Shown: positions 1 through 9,985 of the stretch, one piece after another
Numbering within the stretch: the stretch's first letter is position 1
Layout of the letters: every line of letters begins with the position of its first letter
Source of the DNA: Gemmatimonadaceae bacterium
Lineage (GTDB): Bacteria > Gemmatimonadota > Gemmatimonadetes > Gemmatimonadales > Gemmatimonadaceae
Length of the DNA stretch: 64,000 nt
Assembly: GCA_040901985.1 (NCBI GenBank)
Contig: JBBDYC010000019.1
Coordinates: 111,770 to 175,769, forward strand
Direction of reading: 5' to 3'
Program-made: the position numbers and the translations under genes
The notes under the pieces: model-generated
Databases searched by the model: none
What the model saw: only the letters and a program-made list of their open reading frames with translations
Told to the model about the DNA's origin: nothing

Positions 1-1829
1 CTTCCCGCGCCGGGGCTGCTCGTGACGCCGATCGTCCCGCCGGCCTCGATGACGATGGCGTACGTCGTCGCGAGCCCGAGCCCCGTGCCCTGGCCGGCCG
101 GCTTGGTGGTGAAGAACGGCTCGAACAACCGTTCCTGGACCTCGGCACTCATCCCGTGGCCGGTGTCCTCGACCGTCAGGACGGCACGCTCCGGTCCCCC
201 CGTCTCGGCCGGCGGCGCGGCAGACGTGCGGATCAGCAGCGTCCCGCCGGTCGCCATCGCGTCCACGGCATTGATCGTCAGGTTCATCAGCACCTGTTCC
301 AGTTGGCCCGCATCCATCCGGACCACGAGCGGCGCGGTCGCGAGCTCGAGTTTCAGCTGCACGTCCTGTCGGAGCAGCCGGCGCAGGATCAGGTCGAGGC
401 CGAGGATCACCGCGTTGACGTCCACGTCGCGCGGGATGATCACGTCGCGCCGGCTGAACGCAAGGAGTTGGCGGGCGAGCGCCGTCGCGCGGTCGGCGGC
501 GCCGCGAATGGCGTTCACCTCCTCGCTGTGCCGGCCGTCCTCCTCGAACTCGAAGGCGAGGACCTCGGCGTAGCTCTGGATCACCGTGAGGACATTGTTG
601 AAGTCGTGCGCGATCCCACCGGCGAGCCGGCCGACCGCCTCCAGCTTCTGCGCCTGGCGCAATTGGTGCTCCACGCGCTGCTGCTCCGTCACATCCAGCA
701 CCATGCAGCCGACGCCGCCGGAGGGCTCGCCGGGCCGGGCAATCGGGTAGTACGTCGCCAGCCACCGACGTCGCTCGCCGGCGTGCGCCGGCGTCTCCCC
801 CTCGACGACCACGTCGGCCCTCGCGATCCCGGTGACGAGCACCTGTTCCATTATCGGCCGGATCGTTGGCGCGAGCGCGGGAATCATCTCCTCGATCGTC
901 CGGCCCAGGTGGGCCTCCGCCGGTGCGCCGTTGATCCGCGCCAACGCCTCGTTGATGCGCTGGAACCGCAAGCCCCGATCGTAGAAGGCGATGCCGAACG
1001 GCGCGCTCTCGAGCGCCGAGTCGAGAAACGTGGCGGTCTGTCGGAGCAGGCGGTTGGTCTCGTCGCGCTCGACGATCCGCTCGCGCAACTCGTTTGCCTG
1101 GGCCTCCAGTTGCGCCGCCTGCTTCTCCAAAAGGACCGCTTGCTGCTCAAGTTCCGTGGACTGGTCCTCGATCTGGCGCTGGCGTGCGAGGGTGTGCGCG
1201 GCCTCGGCCCCGAGCGCCTGCGTGAGGTGCGCCGCTGCCGCCCCGAAAAGGCCGAGGGCCACGAGGACCACGGTCAATCCGAGCCACGCGACGCGCTGCT
1301 GGGCCCGCAGGCGCTCCGTCCGTAGCGCGGTCTCGACGGCGATGAAGGCGTCGAGGTGTCGGGACACCTCGTCGAAGGCGATCGTCCCGTCGAGCGCGAG
1401 CGCACGGGTCAGCTGCCGACCGGAGAGAAGCGGCGTGACAAAGGTCGAGTCCCAGCGCGCCAAGGCGGCGGTCAGGTCGTCGAGACGCCGGTGCTGGGGC
1501 GGGTTGTCGCCGGTCAGCGCGTGCAGGCGCCCGACCAGCGCGGCTGCGGAGTCCTGCTCGACTCGCACGCGCGCCGGCGCCCCGGAGTCGGCTCTGAGGC
1601 CGAACCTGCGCGTGCCCGACTCGGCCTCCCAGATGCTGCGCTGCGCTGCAGTCGCCGTCCGCAGCACGGTGCCGGTATGCGACGCCCAGCGCGCCGTGTA
1701 GCGGTCGGCGGCAAAGCCGGCGATCGCGAGCAGGGCCAGCACCGCGACGGAGACGAGCAGGAGCCATCGCCAGCGGTGGAGTCCGCGGGTCAGCGCGTCG
1801 TCAACAAGCGGCGGGGGGGAATCGGACAG
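1..1829 (-). CDS. Membrane sensor histidine kinase (CHASE3-like/PAS/HisKA/HATPase), 3' end runs off the window
   Basis: Not in the ORF track. Manual minus-strand translation gives H-box GRLAGGIAHDFNN, N-box QVLMNLTINA, G-boxes DTGHGM and FEPFFTTKPAGQGTGLGL, and an N-terminal TM helix WLLLVSVAVLALLAIAGF. Start uncertain (CTG at 1829 behind GAGAGGGA). Confidence 0.9.
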   Translation of the reverse strand, partial: MSDSPPPLVDDALTRGLHRWRWLLLVSVAVLALLAIAGFAADRYTARWASHTGTVLRTATAAQRSIWEAESGTRRFGLRADSGAPARVRVEQDSAAALVGRLHALTGDNPPQHRRLDDLTAALARWDSTFVTPLLSGRQLTRALALDGTIAFDEVSRHLDAFIAVETALRTERLRAQQRVAWLGLTVVLVALGLFGAAAAHLTQALGAEAAHTLARQRQIEDQSTELEQQAVLLEKQAAQLEAQANELRERIVERDETNRLLRQTATFLDSALESAPFGIAFYDRGLRFQRINEALARINGAPAEAHLGRTIEEMIPALAPTIRPIMEQVLVTGIARADVVVEGETPAHAGERRRWLATYYPIARPGEPSGGVGCMVLDVTEQQRVEHQLRQAQKLEAVGRLAGGIAHDFNNVLTVIQSYAEVLAFEFEEDGRHSEEVNAIRGAADRATALARQLLAFSRRDVIIPRDVDVNAVILGLDLILRRLLRQDVQLKLELATAPLVVRMDAGQLEQVLMNLTINAVDAMATGGTLLIRTSAAPPAETGGPERAVLTVEDTGHGMSAEVQERLFEPFFTTKPAGQGTGLGLATTYAIVIEAGGTIGVTSSPGAG

Positions 1830-1983
1830 CGGTGTTCCCTCTCGAAGTGGAGGTGGTGGGCAGTGTACCGGGAAGGGCAGGGGCCGTCAACTGAACCCGT
1901 TCGCAACGGCGCTGCGGGTGTGGACAGCGGGTCGCGTCGTTGCGCAACCTCCCCGAAGTCGCTCCGGGCGGATATCGTATGGG

Positions 1984-4161
1984 ATGATTCGAATCGCCGT
2001 CCACGCGTGGCGGGCCTGTGTGGCCGGCGGCGCCCTTGCCGTGTCGGCGGCCGCGCTCGCCGCGCAGTCCCCAGTGCCCACGGCGCCGGACACCGTGCGC
2101 ACCGACAGCGGGCGCGCGCCACTGCTCGCCGTCGTCCGCGTCGAGGGCGCCCGTGACGCGTTGTCCGACCGGCGTCGCCCGTGGGCGGTCGGCACGCAGA
2201 GCGCGCACGACCTCCGCCGCGGCCAGGCCACGATCGGCGTGGACGAGGCGCTGTCGAACATCCCCGGGGTCGTGGTCTCCAACCGGTACAACTACGCGGT
2301 GGACCAGCGCATCTCCATCCGTGGCGCCGGCAGCCGCGCGAACTTCGGCCTCCGCGGGTTGAAGGTCCTGCTCGACGGCGTGCCGCAGTCGCTGCCCGAC
2401 GGCCAGAGCCAACTGACCAACATTGATCTCGCGGCCATCGGCCGCGTGGACGTGCTGCGCGGCGCCGCGTCGTCGCTCTACGGAAATGGCTCGGGCGGCG
2501 TGATCGCCTTCACATCCGACCTGTCGGCGCCGGACCGGTTCGGCGCCAGCGTGCGCGCCACCGCGGGGTCGTTCGGACTCGCCAAGACACAGGCCCGCCT
2601 GAGCGGTCGGAGCGGGAGCACCCTCGGCGCGCTCTCCTACTCGCGCACCACGATTGACGGCTCGCGGCGGTACAGCGCCGCCGACACGCGCCAGCTGATG
2701 ATCGCGATGGACCATCAGCGCGACGACGGCGTGCTCCTCGCGCTGCGCACCGGCACGTCGGAGACGCCGAAGTCGCTCAACCCCGGTGCCCTCACGCCTG
2801 CCGAGTACGCCGCCGATCGCGACGCGGCGTCGCCGACCAACGTGAATCGCGGCGCGAGCAAGGAGGTCACGCAGGCCTACCTCTCGCTGCGCGCCTCGCG
2901 CGAGAGCGACCGGGGCGCCTGGGGAGTGGCGCTCTACGGGCAGGACCGCTTCCTGACCAACGCACTCGCCGCACCGCCCCCGACCACCGGCCCCGCGCCG
3001 GCCACCGCGGGCACGCTGAACAGGATCAGCCGCGGCGTCGGCGGCGTACGGCTCGACGGGCTGCGGCTACTCAGTGGCCGATGGAATCCGCGCGTCGCCG
3101 GCGGGCTCGACATCCAGCGCGCCGCCGACCTGCGGATGAACGAGCGCACCACCGGTGGCCGCCCCACCGCGCCCGAGGACACGGTGCTCCTGCTCCAGCG
3201 CGAGGTGATGACGGGCATCGGTCCGTTCGCGCACCTGCAGCTCGAGCCGAGCGACCGGCTCACGCTGAGCGTGGGCGGGCGCTGGGACCGGATCGGCTTC
3301 TCGGTGGAGGATCGCTTCCTCAGCGACGGCGCGGACAACAGCGCCGAGCGCACGATGACGGCGGCCAGCGGTCACCTCGGCGCCGTGTGGGCCGCCACTG
3401 CCTCCCTCGCCGCGTACCTGAACGTCTCCACCGCGTTCGAGACGCCGACCACCACCGAACTGGCGATCCGGCCCGACGGCACGGGGGGATTCAACCCCGA
3501 CCTCGACCCGCAGCGGTTGCGGACGTTCGAGGTCGGCGCGCGCGGGGACCTTGGGGCGCGCGTGTCGTACGATGTCGCGCTCTTCGAGACCGTGACCACG
3601 GACGCGATCGTCCAGTACCTCGAGACGGGGACGCGCGCCTACTTCCGCAATGCGGGGCGGACGCGGAACCGCGGGATTGAGCTCGGGCTCCGGGGGCGAC
3701 TGGCCGAGTGGCTCGCTCTGCAGGCGGCGTGGACGCACGCCGACTACCGGTTCGTCGAGTACCGCATTCCGGGAGCCGTGGCGCCCGCGGTGGACACGCT
3801 CGACGGCAACGCGCTCGGCGGTGTTCCGCCGAACGTCGTGCGACTCGGCCTGCGCACCGAGTGGCGCGGGTTCGCGCTCGATGCGGACCACACGCTGCAG
3901 GGAAAGATGTGGGCGGATGACCGCAACACTGCGGCGTTGCGCGCCGACGATTGGGGGGACGGCGTGCTGAACGTTCGCGCATCGTGGCGCGGGATGCTCG
4001 GCGCGATGCGCCTGGAGCCGTTCGTGGCGGTGCAGAATGCGCTGAGCGTGGACTACGTCGGGGCGGTCACGCTCAATGGGGCGTTCTCGCGGGTGCTGGA
4101 GCCGGCGCCGCTGCGGAACTGGTACCTCGGGATCGAGCTGGGGATGCCGGTCGTCCGCTGA
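1984..4161 (+). CDS. TonB-dependent receptor, YncD/PqqU-like
   Basis: Signal peptide; plug motif RISIRGAGSRANFGLRGLKVLLDGVPQSLPDGQSQLTNIDL...VLRGAASSLYGNGSGGVI; C-terminal beta strand EPAPLRNWYLGIE. Confidence 0.9.
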   Translation: MIRIAVHAWRACVAGGALAVSAAALAAQSPVPTAPDTVRTDSGRAPLLAVVRVEGARDALSDRRRPWAVGTQSAHDLRRGQATIGVDEALSNIPGVVVSNRYNYAVDQRISIRGAGSRANFGLRGLKVLLDGVPQSLPDGQSQLTNIDLAAIGRVDVLRGAASSLYGNGSGGVIAFTSDLSAPDRFGASVRATAGSFGLAKTQARLSGRSGSTLGALSYSRTTIDGSRRYSAADTRQLMIAMDHQRDDGVLLALRTGTSETPKSLNPGALTPAEYAADRDAASPTNVNRGASKEVTQAYLSLRASRESDRGAWGVALYGQDRFLTNALAAPPPTTGPAPATAGTLNRISRGVGGVRLDGLRLLSGRWNPRVAGGLDIQRAADLRMNERTTGGRPTAPEDTVLLLQREVMTGIGPFAHLQLEPSDRLTLSVGGRWDRIGFSVEDRFLSDGADNSAERTMTAASGHLGAVWAATASLAAYLNVSTAFETPTTTELAIRPDGTGGFNPDLDPQRLRTFEVGARGDLGARVSYDVALFETVTTDAIVQYLETGTRAYFRNAGRTRNRGIELGLRGRLAEWLALQAAWTHADYRFVEYRIPGAVAPAVDTLDGNALGGVPPNVVRLGLRTEWRGFALDADHTLQGKMWADDRNTAALRADDWGDGVLNVRASWRGMLGAMRLEPFVAVQNALSVDYVGAVTLNGAFSRVLEPAPLRNWYLGIELGMPVVR

Positions 4162-4193
4162 CCGGCACCGGAGCGGATGTTAGATTTCGAGTG

Positions 4194-4703
4194 ATGAGCG
4201 ACACACCTCCCTTCGAGATCCGCGGCTCCGACATCGCCGGCAAGGGCGCCTTCGCCACCCGGGACATCCCCCAGGGCGAACGCATCATCGAGTACGTTGG
4301 CGAGCGCATCACCCACGCCGAGTCCAACCGCCGCTACGACGACGCGGCGATGGACGAGCACCACACCTTTCTCTTCACCGTGTCCAGCCGCACCGTGATT
4401 GACGCCACGCGCGACGGGAACGACTCGCGCTTCATCAACCACTCCTGCGACCCGAACTGCGAGTCGGAGATCGTAGGCGGGCGGGTGTTCATCTCCGCCC
4501 TCCGTGACATCCCCAAGGGCGAGGAGCTCCACTACGACTATGCCTACGAGCGGAGCGGGGACGAGTCGGAGGACGACGAGGAGCGTTACCGCTGCCGCTG
4601 CGGCGCCCCGCAGTGCCGCGGCTCGATCATGGAGCCGATGGAGAGCTTCCTGGAGCGGAAGCGCGCATCCAGTCGCGGGCCGCGTCAACGTCATCGCGTC
4701 TGA
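4194..4703 (+). CDS. SET domain protein-lysine methyltransferase with post-SET cysteines
   Basis: GKGAFA, RFINHSCDPN, ELHYDY and CRCGAPQCRG motifs. Confidence 0.92.
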   Translation: MSDTPPFEIRGSDIAGKGAFATRDIPQGERIIEYVGERITHAESNRRYDDAAMDEHHTFLFTVSSRTVIDATRDGNDSRFINHSCDPNCESEIVGGRVFISALRDIPKGEELHYDYAYERSGDESEDDEERYRCRCGAPQCRGSIMEPMESFLERKRASSRGPRQRHRV

Positions 4704-5286
4704 GCTGGTGGCCGGCGTCGCTCCAGCGCACCGTCACGGCGGCGCCGGCCGACCGTAGCATCGCCGCCAGGGCGTCGCTGTTGGCCGGCGGGATGATCGG
4801 GTCGTGGCGGCCGGCGGCGAGAAAGACGCGCGTCCCGGCGAGGTCGGGGGAGGTCGCCGGCGTCAGCGGCACCATCGCGCGGAGGAGCACGGCCTGACGG
4901 ACGGTCCCCGGGCGGAGGAGGAGCATCGCCGCCGCGATGTTGGCCCCGTTCGAGAAGCCGACCGCCGTCACCCCCGCCGCGTCGAACGCATACATCGCGG
5001 CCGCTGCCGCCACAAAGTCGGCAAGCTGCTGCGTCCGGGCCGTGAGGTCCTCGAGGTCGAACACGCCCTCGGCCAACCGCCGGAAGAACCGCGGCATCCC
5101 ATTCTCGAGCACCTGGCCCCGCGGACTCAGGAGATTCGCGCCCGGGTCGAGGAGGTCGCCGAGCGGGATGAGATCGTCCTCGTCGGCGCCGGTGCCGTGC
5201 AACAGCAACAGGGTCCGCTCGCTTTCCGGCCGCGGCTCCCAGCGATGCGTGAAGGAAAGCGCCACGCTCAGCGCGAGGACGGCCAC
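4627..5286 (-). CDS. Alpha/beta hydrolase (phospholipase/carboxylesterase, MhqD-like)
   Basis: LLHGTG, PRFFRRLAEGVFD, GFSNGA nucleophile elbow, D(P) and GH triad residues. Start may be GTG 5265. Confidence 0.88.
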   Translation of the reverse strand: MAVLALSVALSFTHRWEPRPESERTLLLLHGTGADEDDLIPLGDLLDPGANLLSPRGQVLENGMPRFFRRLAEGVFDLEDLTARTQQLADFVAAAAAMYAFDAAGVTAVGFSNGANIAAAMLLLRPGTVRQAVLLRAMVPLTPATSPDLAGTRVFLAAGRHDPIIPPANSDALAAMLRSAGAAVTVRWSDAGHQLRRDDVDAARDWMRASAPGSSPSAP

Positions 5287-6008
5287 ACGCGGATCACGCG
5301 CGCGGTCACGATCTGGTCGAGCCGCGGGAACTCCGCCGCCAGGTACGCCTCGCCCTCGCGCGAGATCCGGCCCTGGTCGGGGCTGCTGCCCGGCGGCCCG
5401 CCATCGCCGTAGCCCGTATGGATCGCGTCCACCGCGTCCATGCCGCGGATCACCTCGCCGATCGGCGCAAAGCCCAGCGCGTCGAGCCGGGCGTTGTTCC
5501 GCAGGTTGATGAAGAGCTGCACCGTGCGCGTGGCCGGCCCGCCGCTGGCGAAGACCACCGTCCCGCGGCTGTTGCTCTCGGTCACCGGGTCGTCGTCAAT
5601 CCGGCGCTCGCTCCACTCGGCAGTCACCGCCGGGTCGGCCGCGATGCCGAACTGCACGACGAAGCCACGCAACGCGCGGAAAAAGCGCGCGCCGTCGTAC
5701 ACGCCCATCGAGACGGCCTCATAGAAGCGCGCGACGCCGAGCGGCGCCCAGTAACGCCGGACCATCAGGTCCACCTCCCCCTGCGTCGTCGTGAACCGCA
5801 CGACGAACGAATCGGGGACCACGCCGGGCTCGTAGACGATGCGCGGCGCGAGAATGGCCGTCTCCATCCCGCCCGACGCGCCGGCGCACGCACCGGCGCC
5901 GATCAAGAGCGCCGCGGCAAGTGCGGCGGCAAGCGTCGAGGCCCGAGTCGAGGCCCGCGTCGCGGCCCGTGTGGCCGAACGTCGGTCCGCACAAGTGCGG
6001 GCGATCAC
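5268..6008 (-). CDS. Cyclophilin-type peptidyl-prolyl cis-trans isomerase (probably exported or lipoprotein)
   Basis: YDGARFFRALRGFVVQFG, SNSRGTVVFA, RTVQLFINLRNNARLD, GEVIRGMDAVDAI. Confidence 0.9.
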   Translation of the reverse strand: MIARTCADRRSATRAATRASTRASTLAAALAAALLIGAGACAGASGGMETAILAPRIVYEPGVVPDSFVVRFTTTQGEVDLMVRRYWAPLGVARFYEAVSMGVYDGARFFRALRGFVVQFGIAADPAVTAEWSERRIDDDPVTESNSRGTVVFASGGPATRTVQLFINLRNNARLDALGFAPIGEVIRGMDAVDAIHTGYGDGGPPGSSPDQGRISREGEAYLAAEFPRLDQIVTARVIRVWPSSR

Positions 6009-6580
6009 AGGAAGTCGTCCCGGCGACGCATCACGAGCGTCCGTTCCCGCTGCTGCGTGCCATTGCGATAGTGGAACGGGATGGTCAACTCGCGGAGCCC
6101 GCGCACCGTCCCGCTGAGCATCTTGAGTCCGCGCGTATCCGACGACGGGTCGGGGAAGAAGCGGATGCCGTCGAGCACGATCTCGAACGTGCCGGCGACG
6201 TTCATGGACTGCAGCGGCGTCGGCCGCGAGCGACCGTGCGTGTCGCCCGCAAAGAGCGTCCGCCGGTAGCGCACCGCCGCCCGGAAGCGGAAATCCGCCT
6301 GCAGCGAGAGCACCAGCCGGTCGAACTCGATCACATAGAGCGTGCCATCGTTGTCCACCACGCGGTCGGCGAGGGGGAGCGTGTCGCGGTCAATCAGCGT
6401 GGCGACGAAGGTGCCGACCGGGATCACCGGGGCCTCGCGCTGTCTCGGCTGGCCAGCCTCCGGCGGGCGTTCGCTCGTGGGAAGGCGTTCGGGCGTCGCG
6501 GGCCGTTCCTGCGCGCCGGCGGACACGCCAAGCGCCGCGAGGACGATCAGTGACCACGTGACGGGGGTGCGGAAGCTCAT
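6005..6580 (-). CDS. Hypothetical exported protein
   Basis: 191-aa ORF with signal peptide (..VSAGA-Q); stop overlaps the next start. Confidence 0.7.
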   Translation of the reverse strand: MSFRTPVTWSLIVLAALGVSAGAQERPATPERLPTSERPPEAGQPRQREAPVIPVGTFVATLIDRDTLPLADRVVDNDGTLYVIEFDRLVLSLQADFRFRAAVRYRRTLFAGDTHGRSRPTPLQSMNVAGTFEIVLDGIRFFPDPSSDTRGLKMLSGTVRGLRELTIPFHYRNGTQQRERTLVMRRRDDFL

Positions 6581-6695
6581 TGTCGGAAACTACCCCGCAC
6601 CTCGCGCGCGGGCCACGGGTGCCGCCGGCGATGGACGGATGCGGCTCGGGAGAGACGGGTGCCGCCGCACCCCCCGCTCGCCGCCATCGTCTCCC

Positions 6696-8219
6696 GTGCT
6701 CGCCGCCATCCGCTCCGCCGCCGTCCTCGGGATCGAGGCCTTCACGGTCACGGTCGAGGTGGATGCCGCCCCGGGACTCCCCGGCTGGACGATGGTCGGA
6801 CTCCCGTCCGGCAGCGTCAAGGAAGCGCGCGAACGCGTCGGGGCGGCGTTGGTGAACGCGGGGTTCGTCCTCCCGCCGCGCCGCTGGACGATCAACCTCT
6901 CCCCCGCCGACGTCCGCAAGGATGGCACGGCCTTCGACCTCCCGGTGGCGCTCGGCGTGCTGGTGGCGAGCGGCCAGCTCGACGCGGCCGCCGTGGACGG
7001 CCTGCTCTGCGCCGGTGAGCTCGGCCTCGACGGGACGATCCGTCCGATCCGCGGCGCGCTGCCCTTGGCCCGCGCGGCGCGTGAGAGCGGGGCGCGTGCG
7101 CTGGTGCTTCCCGCCGCCAACGCCGCCGAGGCCGGGCTGCTTCGCGAGGTGCGCCTCGCGCCCTGCGACACCCTCGGGGCACTGGTGACGCTGCTCCGTG
7201 CCGGCGCACTCCCCGCCGCGCCTCCGCCCACCCAGCCCGCCGTTGCGGCGCCCGAGGCCTGCTTCAGCGAGGTCGTCGGCCAGCCGATTGCCAAGCGCGC
7301 GCTGGAGATCGCGGCCGCGGGTGGCCACAACCTGTACCTCGTCGGCCCGCCCGGGGCGGGGAAGACGATGCTCGCCCGGCGCCTCCCCTCGATCCTCCCG
7401 CCGCTCGACGACGATGCGCTCCTCGACGTCGTGGCGATCCACTCGGTGGGCGGCATCCTGCCTGCCGGCCGTGCGCCGAGCCGGACGCCGCCATTTCGCG
7501 CCCCGCATCACACGATCAGTCTCCCCGGTCTCATCGGCGGCGGCCCCGGTCCACGCCCGGGCGAGGTCTCGCTGGCGCACCGCGGCGTCCTTTTCCTCGA
7601 CGAACTGCTCGAGCTGCCGCGCTACATCCTCGATGCGATGCGCCAGCCACTGGAGGATGGGCGCGTGGTGATCGCCCGTGCGTCGCAGTCGGTGGCGTTT
7701 CCAGCGCGCGTGTTGCTCGTCGGCGCCGCGAATCCCTGTCCCTGCGGGCACGACGGCGAGCCCACCGGCCGTTGCCGCTGCTCCGCCGCCGACATCGCCC
7801 GCTACCGCGCGCGGCTCTCCGGCCCGCTCGCCGATCGCATTGACCTCCACGTGCGCGTCGGCGCCGTTGCCCTCGCCGCGCTCGGCGAGATGGCGCGTGA
7901 GGAGACGAGCGCCGCCATCCGCGTCCGCGTCGGCGCCGCGCGCGAGCGACAGCGGGTGCGCTACCGGGTCCTCCCCGGCATTCACCTCAACGCCGAGGCG
8001 CCCGGGCGATGGCTGCAGGCGCACGGCGGCCTCACCACGCCGGCACGTGAGCTCCTCGGGACCGCCGCCGAGCGGCTCCGGCTCTCGGCGCGCGCCTTTC
8101 ACCGCGCGTTGCGCGTGGCCCGCACCGTCGCCGACCTCGAACGCCACGACCTGATCGAACCGCCGGCGATAGCCGAGGCGCTGATGTTCCGGCCGGCGGA
8201 GTCGCCCCTGGAGGGGTGA
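6696..8219 (+). CDS. comM: YifB/ComM family Mg-chelatase-like AAA+ ATPase
   Basis: INLSPADVRKDGTAFDLPVA, Walker A GPPGAGKT, PFRAPHH, GEVSLAHRGVLFLDEL, NPCPCG. Confidence 0.93.
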   Translation: MLAAIRSAAVLGIEAFTVTVEVDAAPGLPGWTMVGLPSGSVKEARERVGAALVNAGFVLPPRRWTINLSPADVRKDGTAFDLPVALGVLVASGQLDAAAVDGLLCAGELGLDGTIRPIRGALPLARAARESGARALVLPAANAAEAGLLREVRLAPCDTLGALVTLLRAGALPAAPPPTQPAVAAPEACFSEVVGQPIAKRALEIAAAGGHNLYLVGPPGAGKTMLARRLPSILPPLDDDALLDVVAIHSVGGILPAGRAPSRTPPFRAPHHTISLPGLIGGGPGPRPGEVSLAHRGVLFLDELLELPRYILDAMRQPLEDGRVVIARASQSVAFPARVLLVGAANPCPCGHDGEPTGRCRCSAADIARYRARLSGPLADRIDLHVRVGAVALAALGEMAREETSAAIRVRVGAARERQRVRYRVLPGIHLNAEAPGRWLQAHGGLTTPARELLGTAAERLRLSARAFHRALRVARTVADLERHDLIEPPAIAEALMFRPAESPLEG

Positions 8220-8256
8220 GCCCCTAACTTCCGCCCCATCTCCACCAACGCGAGGT

Positions 8257-9960
8257 GTGTGGATGCGGCGGTCCCTCTGGATGTTGCTCGTGTCGGTGAT
8301 CGTGGTTCGCCCTGCCGGCGCGCAGGCCGCGCCGGCCGACTACGACCTGCTCATCACCGGCGGGCGGGTGGTGGATGGCACCGGCGCCGCCTGGTTCTAC
8401 GGTGACGTGGCCGTGCGCGACGGCCGGATCGCCGCGGTGGCCGCGCGCGGTGCGCTCGGCGCGCGCACGGCGCGCGACACGATGGACGCGCGAGGGCTCG
8501 TTGTCGCGCCGGGCTTCATTGATATCCAGGGCCACAGCGGATGGTACTTCCTCCACGGCGACGCGCGTGTGATTGCCAAGGTCTCGCAGGGCGTGACCTC
8601 CGAGATCCTCGGCGAAGGGAACACGCCGGCACCGCTCCACCCCCAGCGGTCGCTCGCCACGACGGCCGACTCGCTCACCCGCAGCTTTGCCGAGCCGCGT
8701 GGCTTTGCCGCCTGGCTGAACGCGATGGAAGCGCGTGGCGTCTCGGTGAACGTCGGGTCGTTCGTCGGCGGGAGCACCATCCGGCAGTACGGGATGGGGC
8801 TCCGCGCCGGTCGCGCCGACTCCGCGGCGATGGAGGAGATGCGCGGCGCGCTCCAGCGCGCGCTCGAGGACGGCGCCTTCGGCCTCGCCACGGCGCTCAT
8901 CTATCCGCCCGGCATCTTTGCCGACACCGATGAACTGATTGCCCTCGCGCGGGCGATGGCGCCGTACGGGGGGCTCTACATCTCGCACATCCGGTCCGAA
9001 GGCGACCAACTGCTGGACGCGGTGGACGAGGCGATCCGGATCGGCCGCGAGGGCGGCGTGGCGGTCGAGATCTACCACCTCAAGGCCGGCGGGCCGCGCA
9101 ACTGGGACAAGGGGCCGCAGTCCATCGCGCGCATTGACGCCGCGCGCGCCGAGGGGCTCGACGTGCAGGCGAATATGTATCCGTACCCGGCTGGCGGCAC
9201 GGGCCTCACCTCTTGCCTCCCGCCCGCCGCGCAGGAGGACGGCCGCCTCTTCGAGCGCCTCGACAGCCCGGCCGGGCGTGCGAGCATCCGCGCCGAGATC
9301 GAGCGCCCGACGACCGCGTGGGAAAACCTCTGCGACCTCGCCGGCCCCGAGGGCGTCCTCATCGCCCGGCTCGGCAGCGACTCGCTGCAGCGCTACTCCG
9401 GCCTGCGGCTCTCCGCGATAGCGGCGGCGCGCGGGACCGACTGGATCGAGACCGCGATGACCCTGATCCGCGCCGAGCGGAACCGCGTGGAGACGCTCTA
9501 CTTCCTGATGAGCGAGGAGAACGTCGCGCTCAACCTGCGTCAGCCGTGGATGAAGATCGGGACCGACGCTGGTGGGCCGAATCCCGCCGCGGCGCAGGGG
9601 CTTGTGCATCCTCGCGCCTACGGCACGTTTCCGCGGATCCTCGGCCGGTACGTGCGCGACGAACAGGTCGTCACGCTCGAGGACGCGGTGCGCAAGATGA
9701 CCTCCGCCACCGCGCGCCGACTCGGCATCACCGACCGCGGGACGCTCGCGGTCGGGATGCACGCCGACATCGTGGTCTTCGATCCGGCGCGGATTGCCGA
9801 TCGCGCCACCTTCGAGCAGCCGCATCAGGTGTCGGTCGGCGTCATTGCCACATATGTGAACGGCGTCGCCGTCTGGAAGGACGGACAGCATACCGGCGCC
9901 AAGCCGGGCCGTGCGCTGCGGGGACCGGCGGCGCGGAACGAAATTCCCGCTCGGCCGTAG
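8257..9960 (+). CDS. N-acyl-D-amino-acid deacylase (D-aminoacylase family amidohydrolase)
   Basis: YDLLITGGRVVDGTG, APGFIDIQGHS, YISHIRSEG, HPRAYGTFPRILG; signal peptide. Confidence 0.9.
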   Translation: MWMRRSLWMLLVSVIVVRPAGAQAAPADYDLLITGGRVVDGTGAAWFYGDVAVRDGRIAAVAARGALGARTARDTMDARGLVVAPGFIDIQGHSGWYFLHGDARVIAKVSQGVTSEILGEGNTPAPLHPQRSLATTADSLTRSFAEPRGFAAWLNAMEARGVSVNVGSFVGGSTIRQYGMGLRAGRADSAAMEEMRGALQRALEDGAFGLATALIYPPGIFADTDELIALARAMAPYGGLYISHIRSEGDQLLDAVDEAIRIGREGGVAVEIYHLKAGGPRNWDKGPQSIARIDAARAEGLDVQANMYPYPAGGTGLTSCLPPAAQEDGRLFERLDSPAGRASIRAEIERPTTAWENLCDLAGPEGVLIARLGSDSLQRYSGLRLSAIAAARGTDWIETAMTLIRAERNRVETLYFLMSEENVALNLRQPWMKIGTDAGGPNPAAAQGLVHPRAYGTFPRILGRYVRDEQVVTLEDAVRKMTSATARRLGITDRGTLAVGMHADIVVFDPARIADRATFEQPHQVSVGVIATYVNGVAVWKDGQHTGAKPGRALRGPAARNEIPARP

Positions 9961-9985
9961 GGACGAGGACTAGCTTTCCGACGCG

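Noticed and set aside
156..1701. Plus-strand ORFs at the window start
   Set aside because: They are antisense to the histidine kinase, which has all canonical boxes on the minus strand.
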